Shown here in pieces: positions 18,439-27,131 of a DNA stretch of 64,000 bases. The stretch covers positions 17,814-81,813 of IMG/VR virus record IMGVR_UViG_3300009131_000001, one strand, 5' to 3'. The translations under genes and the position numbers were made by a program. Below the pieces are notes generated by a model. That model was given only the letters and a program-made list of their open reading frames with translations. It did not search any database and was not told the origin of the DNA. Position 1 is the first letter of the stretch. Each line of letters begins with the position of its first letter. Source of the DNA: a virus (Duplodnaviria; Heunggongvirae; Uroviricota; Caudoviricetes).

Positions 18439-18675
18439 CTAATGCCTATCCACTATAAGTGATACAATACCTAAAACAATTGCCACAATAACTACTACTG
18501 CTAAGATAATACCTCCTATTGCTACTGGAATCCATAGTGGAGAAGTTACCCACCACCAAGACCATGCTGTTACTTGTCCTATTTCCGCAAGTTTTAGGAA
18601 CAAGAATACTAGAAATATCCCTGTACTAAGACTAATTATGGACTTAGATTCTTTAACTGAAATTTTGTCTGACAT
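18439..18675 (-). CDS. small membrane protein (Trp-rich TM, holin-like topology)
   Basis: Two hydrophobic helices: LSTGIFLVFLFLKLA and WIPVAIGGIILAVVVIVAIVLGIVSLIV. Confidence 0.45.
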   Translation of the reverse strand: MSDKISVKESKSIISLSTGIFLVFLFLKLAEIGQVTAWSWWWVTSPLWIPVAIGGIILAVVVIVAIVLGIVSLIVDRH

Positions 18676-18686
18676 TGTTAATTATT

Positions 18687-19451
18687 TTAATCCATGAAAA
18701 TTCTATCCCAATGATATACTATCTTACCGTCTATTGTTTCAGATAGTTGAATATCTTTACCTCTAAGATGTGGAGGTCTTGCACCACAAATAGTTGAATC
18801 ATTAGCAGCAAAATTTAAATATGTTCCATCCTCTTCTCTATGAAGATATGCTAAAGCATCCGCATTAGCACAAGTTATAGATGCAATTTTACCTGTTAAA
18901 TCTAGAGCTTTTTGAGATATTTCCTTACCTTGAAAATCTACCATTTTTTCTTTTAAATGCCCCACAAGAATAATATGTGGTGCTAACTTAGATATCTTCT
19001 CTAACCAAGTAGACATTGATAATCTCAACCACATATAACCACCTCCATTTGGAAGAGTGAGTACAGATTTCCACTGATTTCTTGGTAATAACTTAGTAGC
19101 GTCTTTAGGGTCTCTATTAAAAGCCTTACCAATAGGTTGCCTCATATACTCTTCAGTAGCTTCCCATTCCATCCAAGATTCAAGTTTGGTAATAGTATCT
19201 ACTGCAATATATTTATAAGGTCTTCCAGCCTTCATTATTTCAGTACCAAGTTCCTGTAATTCTGTGAGAGAATGTACTTTAACTTTTAATGCGGAAACAA
19301 AATCAGAACCATTTTCTAAATCTATTAACAAACAATTATCTAATGCTGCTACAGCAGTTGTCTTACCATGCTTAGGCGGAGAAAAAATAATTAGAGTATT
19401 ACAATTAAAAGATTTAGGCTCAATTTTTTGTGTTGGTAATTCTATTGCCAT
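18687..19451 (-). CDS. AAA_24 / Sak4-like RecA-fold ATPase
   Basis: Walker A SPPKHGKTT; LLIDLENG; IAVDTITKLESW (Walker B-like); GGYMW; ILVGH. Confidence 0.6.
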   Translation of the reverse strand: MAIELPTQKIEPKSFNCNTLIIFSPPKHGKTTAVAALDNCLLIDLENGSDFVSALKVKVHSLTELQELGTEIMKAGRPYKYIAVDTITKLESWMEWEATEEYMRQPIGKAFNRDPKDATKLLPRNQWKSVLTLPNGGGYMWLRLSMSTWLEKISKLAPHIILVGHLKEKMVDFQGKEISQKALDLTGKIASITCANADALAYLHREEDGTYLNFAANDSTICGARPPHLRGKDIQLSETIDGKIVYHWDRIFMD

Positions 19452-19478
19452 TTATCTGAAATTTAATTATTGTTAGTA

Positions 19479-19841
19479 CTATCTATTATCACCACTCCCA
19501 TCAATCACTCCTCTATCTTGTCTAGAAGCTAGTTTATCAAGATTTGCTTGACATACTTCTTCAAGAGTCCAGCCCATAACTTTGCACAATCCTGCTACCT
19601 GCCAACATATATCACCGAGTTCACATTTTAATTCATTTTCAATGTTTATTGTATCATCAAATATACCTATCGCACGTAATTCGTTGCTTTTAATATCTAA
19701 ATCTTTTTTCCTAATACCTTTAGCAACTTTACTTGAAAATTCTCCAACCTCTCCAACAAGATTAAGCATCATATATGCAAAATTATCACTACTAGGCATA
19801 CAAGTAGTCATTGCTTTATCTTGATATTCATTTAATTCCAT
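19479..19841 (-). CDS. mazG: MazG-like nucleoside triphosphate pyrophosphohydrolase
   Basis: EYQDKA...LVGEVGEF...ELGDICWQV...LEEV...NLDKL is the MazG EExx(E/D) architecture. Confidence 0.7.
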   Translation of the reverse strand: MELNEYQDKAMTTCMPSSDNFAYMMLNLVGEVGEFSSKVAKGIRKKDLDIKSNELRAIGIFDDTINIENELKCELGDICWQVAGLCKVMGWTLEEVCQANLDKLASRQDRGVIDGSGDNR

Positions 19842-19935
19842 CTATTCTTCATCTTTGTAGTTTATAACTTGGTAATCTTCTGGTAACTTAAAGTTTCTTA
19901 GTTGTTCCAATTCTGCATCTAGTTCTACTAGCCAG

Positions 19936-20367
19936 TTATCCAATTGTTCCATAATTAATCATTTTTAATTTTTTAATATACTTCTTATCACTAGCATACT
20001 TTCTTTTAACTAGGAATGTATAATAGCAACCTGAAGTATACCTTTTATTTTGAAAATACTTGTAGGACTTAACACAATCAGTCCAATGCTTGAACTTAGC
20101 ATACTTACCATTAAATACTAATCCAAATAAGTTATTATTTCTTTTACATACCTCACTAGTTAACCAACCAGTTTCAAGTATTGCTTGTTTAATAACAATA
20201 TTAGGATGTTTTACTCTTTGTAATTTAAGGTAAGCTTCTAAATTATTTAGAGTCAGTGGACTCTGAGTTAGTACTTGTAGTCTTAGATTTCTTTGGTCTA
20301 CTACTTTTCTTTGATGGTTTATCTGTAGGGGTATTATTAGTATTAGCAGTATTATTAATTTCTTCAT
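19936..20367 (-). CDS. Peptidoglycan hydrolase with a glucosaminidase (FlgJ C-terminal-like) domain and an N-terminal signal/anchor
   Basis: AILETGWLTS...NNLFGLV...KFKHWTDCVKSY matches AILESGWG...NNLFGIK of the mannosyl-glycoprotein endo-beta-N-acetylglucosaminidase family. The hydrophobic N-terminus is MKKLIILLILIIPL. Confidence 0.6.
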   Translation of the reverse strand: MKKLIILLILIIPLQINHQRKVVDQRNLRLQVLTQSPLTLNNLEAYLKLQRVKHPNIVIKQAILETGWLTSEVCKRNNNLFGLVFNGKYAKFKHWTDCVKSYKYFQNKRYTSGCYYTFLVKRKYASDKKYIKKLKMINYGTIG

Positions 20368-20560
20368 ATTCTATTATAGTTGTAGTAATTACATGGATAT
20401 AATCTTTTCCTGTAATGTATCTCCAAAAATCTTTAAATGTAGGTCTAATTAATAAATTATGTGTAAGAACAGTATCACCGTCTTTATTAACAAACACTCT
20501 ATCAATACCGCCTTCTACATTTGTAGAGTGCTCAATACGCTTGTCTTTAATCTTTAACAT
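20243..20560 (-). CDS. Hypothetical protein with a low-complexity T/S/K-rich C-terminus; it overlaps the downstream hydrolase gene by 125 nt.
   Basis: ORF track; C-terminal NTANTNNTPTDKPSKKSSRPKKSKTTSTNSESTDSK. Confidence 0.4.
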   Translation of the reverse strand: MLKIKDKRIEHSTNVEGGIDRVFVNKDGDTVLTHNLLIRPTFKDFWRYITGKDYIHVITTTIIEYEEINNTANTNNTPTDKPSKKSSRPKKSKTTSTNSESTDSK

Positions 20561-20822
20561 CTTCTTCCTGTTTTAATTGTTTATATTCTTCTAAATAAAT
20601 TTTAATAACATCAATTGTTTTAAGTAAATCTTCTTCCCAAGTTCCTTTATGCCTACATCTAACAACTCTTTTAATTATATCTTGTTCCCAAGAATTAAGT
20701 TGCCATTCATATCCAAATTTATACAGAGAATCTTTACCTTTATAATAGTCTCTAGTGTTAATTGATTTAGGTTCCTTTTTAGGAGGCCAATCTGAGCAAA
20801 TAGGCATTATTCCACTCTCCAT
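20547..20822 (-). CDS. hypothetical protein
   Basis: Co-oriented ORF. Confidence 0.4.
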   Translation of the reverse strand: MESGIMPICSDWPPKKEPKSINTRDYYKGKDSLYKFGYEWQLNSWEQDIIKRVVRCRHKGTWEEDLLKTIDVIKIYLEEYKQLKQEEDVKD

Positions 20823-21046
20823 TTAAAATGTTTACATCTACCACTTGCTTGAGTCATTATGCAAGAAGTCTTTTCTCCTTTATATATAAACTCTAATTTA
20901 TTATCATCTTTAAAACATGTACCAACTATTACTGTAATAAATTCTTTCTTATTTGTTGATAGTTGCTTTAACTTCATCATATTTCCCCAATAATTACAGT
21001 TTCTACAACTATTAGGATGCCCTAAACTATTAGTTTTAATTTCCAT
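20807..21046 (-). CDS. hypothetical Cys-rich protein
   Basis: CRNCNYW...C...C. Confidence 0.4.
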   Translation of the reverse strand: MEIKTNSLGHPNSCRNCNYWGNMMKLKQLSTNKKEFITVIVGTCFKDDNKLEFIYKGEKTSCIMTQASGRCKHFKWRVE

Positions 21047-21059
21047 TTAATATATTATT

Positions 21060-21227
21060 TTAATTTGTTACAGTATCTTTAGGTGGATGCATAGGATAGA
21101 AATCTGTTGAATCTACAGTATCCACACTATTTCTATCATTAGTATCTATTTTAGCATTTTTACTATTACACATTGAGAAAATAACTAATAAAAATACAAT
21201 AATTACTACATATTTGCAATATTTCAT
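21060..21227 (-). CDS. small secreted/lipoprotein-like peptide (55 aa)
   Basis: Hand translation gives MKYCKYVVIIVFLLVIFSMCNSKNAKIDTNDRNSVDTVDSTDFYPMHPPKDTVTN. There is a signal peptide followed by Cys, and an ATGA overlap with the upstream helicase gene. Confidence 0.3.
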   Translation of the reverse strand: MKYCKYVVIIVFLLVIFSMCNSKNAKIDTNDRNSVDTVDSTDFYPMHPPKDTVTN

Positions 21228-22387
21228 ATCTTAAATCCTGGTTTAATATTTCTCTCTTTAATTGCTTTATAAATAGTGGGATTCATTTGATTAGGTAGAG
21301 GCATTTCATCAAACCTGCTACATGCACCATCAAAATATAATGGGATTTCTTTATTACATTCCGATATATTAGATTTTAATAGAATTATACTTCTAAAAGC
21401 ATCCCCCAAAACTCTGATATTGTATCCTTCAACTTCTGGATATTGTTCTATACCATATCTAGCAGGAGCAAATAATCCAAATACCAATTGGTGATCTCTT
21501 TGACATTCCTTAGAGCCTCCTAATCCGTCTAAAGATGGTTTACATTTATCAATTACTAATTCCCCCTTATAGTTATATTGAGGTTTTTCAGACTCACTGG
21601 ATTGTTGTAAAATATTTATTAAAGTCCAATTCCAATGTTTAGTAATTTGAAGTCTGCCATATTGTCTAGTCCACTTATTTATAGTCTCTCTTTCTTGTAG
21701 AAGAATTCCTCCTTCTTTTTCTCTGGTTAAGTTATTAAGATTATCTACAATCATAATAACTTGCGTGTCAGGGTCATTTGCTTGATAATGTGAATATACC
21801 TTTTCTTTTACAGTTTCATTACTTTCATTAGTAAAATCTACTTCTTTATAATGATGGGTTCCCAACTGAATACTTAAATTTCTAGCCCATTTATAAATTC
21901 CATAAGGATTAAAGATGCTATCGGAAATTTCGCAATCTTCAAGGATATTTATAATCTCTAATTCAACATCATCCAATTTATCTTTAACTTCTTTGGGAAT
22001 CACTTGCTTTCTCATACTATTTAATGCTAATACATCAATTCTAATTCCATACTTATCATATAAAATCATGCAGAATAACCTGTTTATTAGCATCTCTTTA
22101 GTGTCCTCAAGAAGAGTAATTACAAATTTTACTTTATAGGTATTATTTGGTAATATTTTTTTGAGCTTATAATGAGTAAATAATATCATACCTAACCAAG
22201 AATTGGACTTACCAACTCCACTATTGGCAGTAAACATTATTTGAGTTCCAAATGGGATTACTGGTATATAATTTCCAAGTCTAGGAAATGTATGATACCA
22301 AGGTAATCCGACTAATTTACCCTCTAATACTTTAGCCTCATTTTTTATAATACTGTCCTTGACACTTCGTATAGTATCAGTTAACAT
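21224..22387 (-). CDS. DnaB-like replicative helicase (RecA-fold C-terminal domain)
   Basis: Walker A FTANSGVGKSNSWL, Walker B IMIVDNLN, and Q-containing H3 region ILQQSSE. Confidence 0.6.
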   Translation of the reverse strand: MLTDTIRSVKDSIIKNEAKVLEGKLVGLPWYHTFPRLGNYIPVIPFGTQIMFTANSGVGKSNSWLGMILFTHYKLKKILPNNTYKVKFVITLLEDTKEMLINRLFCMILYDKYGIRIDVLALNSMRKQVIPKEVKDKLDDVELEIINILEDCEISDSIFNPYGIYKWARNLSIQLGTHHYKEVDFTNESNETVKEKVYSHYQANDPDTQVIMIVDNLNNLTREKEGGILLQERETINKWTRQYGRLQITKHWNWTLINILQQSSESEKPQYNYKGELVIDKCKPSLDGLGGSKECQRDHQLVFGLFAPARYGIEQYPEVEGYNIRVLGDAFRSIILLKSNISECNKEIPLYFDGACSRFDEMPLPNQMNPTIYKAIKERNIKPGFKI

Positions 22388-22914
22388 AACTCTATTGGAT
22401 TATAGGTATTAGTAGTATCTTCACCCACCTCATTGATATAACCTTGAAATTTAGTTTCATTAAATAAAGTTTCAGGTCTTAAATAAGATTGCATATTAGT
22501 TCCCCACCAATCTTTAAACTTCTTATCAATAACTCTAGTTAAATCATCTTTTGTGTAACCAGATTTTAGTCTAGCATTTACAAATTTTAAATTAGATTTT
22601 GATCTTATGTCGAAGCCTCTTTTAGTAGGTGCTTTAGATTTAATCTTTAAATTAAGATAATTTAGAATTTCAATTGCCTCAGTATTCTTTTCAGATTTCT
22701 CAAATAATTGAATTAATTTATCTCTAGGTTCAAATTCATACTCTTCTAAATTTAGAATTTTAATGTATCCTCGATTTTCTAAGATATGATAAGTATCATA
22801 TGAAGTATTTTTCCAATCATTATATCCTTCATAAATTAGTTGCATTGAAACGTACAAAGAAATATCAAGATTACTTTTGGATAAATTATCTAAATCAATT
22901 GTTAAAGTTTTCAT
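22381..22914 (-). CDS. hypothetical protein
   Basis: 177-aa ORF. Confidence 0.45.
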   Translation of the reverse strand: MKTLTIDLDNLSKSNLDISLYVSMQLIYEGYNDWKNTSYDTYHILENRGYIKILNLEEYEFEPRDKLIQLFEKSEKNTEAIEILNYLNLKIKSKAPTKRGFDIRSKSNLKFVNARLKSGYTKDDLTRVIDKKFKDWWGTNMQSYLRPETLFNETKFQGYINEVGEDTTNTYNPIELC

Positions 22915-23098
22915 ATGTTAAATATTTATATTGATAATCATCGTATAACCCTAAATGTTTCATTTGAAGAGTTATATCTTCTTCTTCTAATTCAAGAGTA
23001 GTCTTAGATATAAGTATGTTCCCATATAATTTAGAATACAACTTATTCAAACTCTCTTGAATTATAGAAGATTTAATTTTATTTAGAGATTTTAGCAT
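22895..23098 (-). CDS. hypothetical protein
   Basis: Co-oriented ORF. Confidence 0.35.
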   Translation of the reverse strand: MLKSLNKIKSSIIQESLNKLYSKLYGNILISKTTLELEEEDITLQMKHLGLYDDYQYKYLTYENFNN

Positions 23099-23945
23099 TA
23101 TAATATTCTGCTATTTCTTTAATTTGTTCTTTAGTAAAAGTTCCTTTACCAATAGTTACAGATTCAATATCTTTATTAGTATTAGGGTACTCTCTGCACG
23201 TAAATAAGTCAATAAAAACTTCTCTACTAATCTCAGCACATCCAAACTTTACATAACCATCAAAAAATTCTCCTTTATATCCATTGATAGTAATATTAGG
23301 AAATTCTTCTTCATAGGCAGGATCAAACCACAATTCAAGTACTCCTGCTTCTTCCAGTCTTTTTAGTATTGTTGGATATCCTTTAAAAGTCATTTGATTA
23401 GTAATGGTATATTCATTACCACCAATAACAGATACAGCATTCATATACTTTTTACAATCCTCTTTAAGTTTATAACCTACTATTTTCTTTTCCATATCTT
23501 TTGATTTTAGTACATATTTCTGAAATTGTTCAAATGTGATTTCTGTGTAATTTTGAACATGTGTATATGCCCAACATTTATCTGAAGTTATAAAAATTAC
23601 GTTGTTTGGAGAGCTTTTATACCAATCAAATCCAGCCCAATTAGTTAAAATTAATCCTTCTTGTGGGTTATTTATTTTTACATACCACTTATCGGGAAGT
23701 ACAAATTCATCAATAGGTTTAGATAATTCTATAAATTGATCTAATGTTAGTAGAGTTGGATTATTTTTAAATGATTCTATAGATGAATAACATCTCCAAT
23801 AGCCATCGCCATTTCCATAATATTCACCTAATCCTTGCAATTCCCTATTATACTCTTGACATAAATATTTTAAAACACTATCTTTATATTTCTGAGAAAA
23901 ATCATTCTCAACTATCCAATAGTTTGGTAATCTATTCATTTTCAA
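23079..23945 (-). CDS. hypothetical protein
   Basis: 288-aa ORF. Confidence 0.5.
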   Translation of the reverse strand: MKMNRLPNYWIVENDFSQKYKDSVLKYLCQEYNRELQGLGEYYGNGDGYWRCYSSIESFKNNPTLLTLDQFIELSKPIDEFVLPDKWYVKINNPQEGLILTNWAGFDWYKSSPNNVIFITSDKCWAYTHVQNYTEITFEQFQKYVLKSKDMEKKIVGYKLKEDCKKYMNAVSVIGGNEYTITNQMTFKGYPTILKRLEEAGVLELWFDPAYEEEFPNITINGYKGEFFDGYVKFGCAEISREVFIDLFTCREYPNTNKDIESVTIGKGTFTKEQIKEIAEYYNAKISK

Positions 23946-24077
23946 TTCTTTTAATATTTGCTAAAATAAGTTCATAAGTATCTTTTGCTCCCTCATAGTA
24001 ATCATTATTACTACTACCAGCAAACTTCTTACAATTATCTATTTGAATTTGAATAAGTTGTTTTAATTCTTCCATAT

Positions 24078-25385
24078 TTAAATAGGTATTTCATTAACGT
24101 TAGTAATTTCAGTAATCCATTCAGAATCTACATTTTTTAAACAAGATTCTAACCAAGTTTCTGACTGGGTATTTCTAGGAACAATCCACATACAAATACC
24201 TAAGTCATTAGTATTCAATCTATTAAGTCTTCCTGCCTTTTGACTACTACTGGTATCACTTCCATTAAAACTCTCCATAATAGCATATTTAGCATTTTTA
24301 AGGTTAAGTCCTAATGTAAGCATATCACAACTAGATAATTCTCTAATAACTCCTTCATTGAATTGCTCTAGAAGTAATTTATTAGAATCTGCTTCTTTCT
24401 TAGAATGTATAGAATATCTAGATAGTTTTGATGCTTGGTTAGTTAAAGCAGAGAATATTAAAACTTTATTATCAGTTCCTTGTAGTATTCTATCCTTAAA
24501 TCTATTGCACCAATACTTACTAGATTCTAAATTCCATAAGAATTCTTTTCTATATCTAATAGAATTAAAGAATGCTCTACCAGCATCAGAGTACTGTTTA
24601 TCTAACTTATTACCATTCTCATCAATACCTTTCATCCATTGAATAGAAATTTTAAAAAAATCATCAGCACCTAAATATGCCATAGTTTTCTTAGCCTTAT
24701 CATACCTCTCAGATAAGTATTGATATTGAGATAATTCTCCTTTAGTCCAAGATTTAGTTTTAGTTCCAACTTTTATTTTAAAATCATCAGTTAAATCATA
24801 TCTAAACACATAGTTCATAGTATGATTAATTAAACCATCTTTAGCACTATTATAATATTCAAATACAATTGGCAGTTTAGTACTATAGAATTGAGATTTA
24901 AACTCATCAGATTTATTAGGAGTACCTGTTAATCCGAGGATTTTCTTTCTTAGCCATAAGGCATTCTCAATTAAAGCAGAATACTCAGAAGATATTACAA
25001 GATGCCCCTCATCGATAATTATGAGATCATACTCATTAATTCTAGACTTACTCCATTTATAACAAGTCTGGATATTAAATAAGTCAATGCTAATTAAGGT
25101 ATCATCATATTCCCAAATAGAATCTAATACTTCCTCTATTTTTGTAAATCCCCACTTATGTAACTCATTACTCCAAGACTCTTTAAGGTTAGTTCTAGGA
25201 GAAGTTATAAGAACTTTTCTAGGAGTAAATCTTTTTATAGCCTTTATTCCTATCAAACTTTTACCTGAACCTGGTGTAGCTACAACAACTCCACAACAAC
25301 CTTTATTTATCCAAGTATTTAGTGCTTTGCTTTGAATTTCATCTTTAGTCATTAATCTAGTAAATTTGTTTCTACTACACTCCAA
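24078..25385 (-). CDS. SF2 DEAD/DEAH-box-type helicase
   Basis: Motif I ATPGSGKS, motif II IIIDEGH, motif III LTGTP, motif VI QKAGRLNR. Confidence 0.7.
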   Translation of the reverse strand: MECSRNKFTRLMTKDEIQSKALNTWINKGCCGVVVATPGSGKSLIGIKAIKRFTPRKVLITSPRTNLKESWSNELHKWGFTKIEEVLDSIWEYDDTLISIDLFNIQTCYKWSKSRINEYDLIIIDEGHLVISSEYSALIENALWLRKKILGLTGTPNKSDEFKSQFYSTKLPIVFEYYNSAKDGLINHTMNYVFRYDLTDDFKIKVGTKTKSWTKGELSQYQYLSERYDKAKKTMAYLGADDFFKISIQWMKGIDENGNKLDKQYSDAGRAFFNSIRYRKEFLWNLESSKYWCNRFKDRILQGTDNKVLIFSALTNQASKLSRYSIHSKKEADSNKLLLEQFNEGVIRELSSCDMLTLGLNLKNAKYAIMESFNGSDTSSSQKAGRLNRLNTNDLGICMWIVPRNTQSETWLESCLKNVDSEWITEITNVNEIPI

Positions 25386-25579
25386 GCCATATCTTCATTC
25401 CAAGAATTTTTAAATTCTTGAGACTCTTCTTTAAACCATTCCATATAGTCATTTTTAGTCTTTTCCTTATCTAATTCAATAGCTTTTTCAGCCCCCTCTC
25501 TAGACTTATGTAAAGAAATAGTATATATACCATCTGCATCTTGACAAGTTGCTGCATATATTTTATTCATAAATTTCAT
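25352..25579 (-). CDS. hypothetical protein
   Basis: Co-oriented ORF. Confidence 0.4.
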   Translation of the reverse strand: MKFMNKIYAATCQDADGIYTISLHKSREGAEKAIELDKEKTKNDYMEWFKEESQEFKNSWNEDMAWSVVETNLLD

Positions 25580-25874
25580 TAGTCACATCTTTAATTATTT
25601 TCTCAATTTCTTCACTTAATGTAAATAGTGCTATCTTTTGTCCATCTGTTAGATTATTATAGCACCAGTTTACATTAGAATTTACTTGAGATTTAAATGC
25701 TTCAAATGTTCTTTCTATACCTTTTAATTCCTTTTTGTAATTAGGGTTTAATTTGGGATAGTTAGCATTCAATTCTTTAGAGAGTAAATCCGATAAAATT
25801 TGTAACTTGAGGATACTCTTTATGAATTCCATATCAGTACCCTCAAATTGTAATTTATTTTTTAAATTAGACAT
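25563..25874 (-). CDS. hypothetical protein
   Basis: Co-oriented ORF. Confidence 0.4.
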   Translation of the reverse strand: MSNLKNKLQFEGTDMEFIKSILKLQILSDLLSKELNANYPKLNPNYKKELKGIERTFEAFKSQVNSNVNWCYNNLTDGQKIALFTLSEEIEKIIKDVTNEIYE

Positions 25875-26031
25875 TCTTAGATTTAACTACTTTAATATCA
25901 CTTACTTTACCACAAACAGTACATCTGTACTTGTTACCATCTTTACCTGCTTCATTGCAAAGTCTTTGACCTTTACCATAAATCTTATCTTGTGCTTCAT
26001 GCATACATGCACAGTTCATTACTTTACTCAT
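25867..26031 (-). CDS. small zinc-ribbon protein (54 aa)
   Basis: Hand translation gives MSKVMNCACMHEAQDKIYGKGQRLCNEAGKDGNKYRCTVCGKVSDIKVVKSKN with CxC...CxxC. It is below the 60-aa track cutoff. Confidence 0.35.
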   Translation of the reverse strand: MSKVMNCACMHEAQDKIYGKGQRLCNEAGKDGNKYRCTVCGKVSDIKVVKSKNV

Positions 26032-26446
26032 TAGAAATTAGTTTAAAATTCATATTATTACAAGAAGCAATTCTTCTAAGGTATACCTCATCTGAGTATA
26101 CACTATCACTATCTCCGCCAGAAGTCATAAAAGTCATTTTCCCATCTATTTGTAAAGATGAAAACATAAAACATTCATTAGTAATATTTGACTTTGCTCT
26201 CATACCTGCAAAAGCAAGTCTTTCAGTATGTGTAGTTGCATCAGATACACATATTATATCTATGCCATCTTCCATACCTTCTAATAAATGTTTGTGTTCA
26301 GGTTTTATTCTATTAGATGAATAGGCTAATGCAGTATCAAAATCCCAATTTTTATATGGGAATTTCTTTAGTTTCTTAGAAATCTCATAAAATCTTTGAT
26401 GGTAGTTTCTATAAATCAGTCTGCACTCTAAAGTTTCTTTACTCAT
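26024..26446 (-). CDS. hypothetical protein
   Basis: 140-aa ORF. Confidence 0.45.
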   Translation of the reverse strand: MSKETLECRLIYRNYHQRFYEISKKLKKFPYKNWDFDTALAYSSNRIKPEHKHLLEGMEDGIDIICVSDATTHTERLAFAGMRAKSNITNECFMFSSLQIDGKMTFMTSGGDSDSVYSDEVYLRRIASCNNMNFKLISNE

Positions 26447-26454
26447 TGTTGTAG

Positions 26455-26652
26455 TTATTTAATTCTAATACTAATACATTCATCTCTTAAAGGACATTTA
26501 GGATGCATTTCATTTCCATTATCAATTGCTCCTATTTGTAATGTGTAATCTAAACTTTTTTGATTCCAATTAATAGGATGTCCGCAATATAGATTAAGTT
26601 CAGTTGCAAATATTAAAGGGCACTCATTACACTTATCAACTCTTATTACCAT
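26455..26652 (-). CDS. hypothetical Cys-containing protein
   Basis: CNECP...CGHP...CPLRDEC. Confidence 0.4.
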   Translation of the reverse strand: MVIRVDKCNECPLIFATELNLYCGHPINWNQKSLDYTLQIGAIDNGNEMHPKCPLRDECISIRIK

Positions 26653-26653
26653 A

Positions 26654-26860
26654 TTATGAAATACTTTTTAAGTCAGTTAATTTAATACATTCCAAATCTA
26701 ATCTTTTCTCAGCAATAACATCTTGAGTATTTAATATAAACTTACCAATAGCTTCTTCTTTTGATTGTGCATATATTCGACGTATTATATTTTCCATAAT
26801 AGTTGTAGAGAATTTTGTTTCTTTTACTACCATCTGACAACATATATATAAATCTTGCAT
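26654..26860 (-). CDS. hypothetical protein
   Basis: Co-oriented ORF. Confidence 0.4.
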   Translation of the reverse strand: MQDLYICCQMVVKETKFSTTIMENIIRRIYAQSKEEAIGKFILNTQDVIAEKRLDLECIKLTDLKSIS

Positions 26861-26873
26861 ACTAAATTAAATT

Positions 26874-27131
26874 TTAAAGAGATTTCTCATGTTTCATATC
26901 TAAAATATAACTTCTCTTATCTTGGAGAGTTATTAATATAGATTCTAATTCTTCTTTAATCAAAGGTTCTAATTCACAATTCCATAATTGTTTATTAATA
27001 TCCTGTATATATTCATTTACTTTAAATAGATTGTATCTACTTAAATCTTGTTCATCTATGTAGTATTTAGCCATTAGTGAGTCCAATAAGGTGTTATACA
27101 AGGTTCTGCTTTTAAAGGAATGATAGGACAA
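26874..27131 (-). CDS. hypothetical protein
   Basis: Co-oriented ORF overlapping the polymerase gene's upstream end. Confidence 0.35.
   Translation of the reverse strand: MSYHSFKSRTLYNTLLDSLMAKYYIDEQDLSRYNLFKVNEYIQDINKQLWNCELEPLIKEELESILITLQDKRSYILDMKHEKSL

Noticed and set aside
18687-19451. P-loop nucleotide or nucleoside kinase (for example 5-hmdU DNA kinase) as part of a DNA hypermodification pathway
   Set aside because: The motif set (Walker A, IDLE.G, VDTIT, GGYMW, ILVGH) fits the AAA_24/Sak4 recombination ATPase family better. No thymidylate-synthase-like hydroxymethylase or glycosyl/aminoacyl transferase partner was found.
26024-26652. Possible frameshifted metallophosphoesterase spanning 26455..26652 and 26024..26446
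   Set aside because: The two ORFs are in different frames 8 nt apart and both contain His/Cys/Asp-rich bits. However, the motif order does not match the calcineurin-like D.H / GDxxD / GNH / GH series, so a pseudogene call is not supported.
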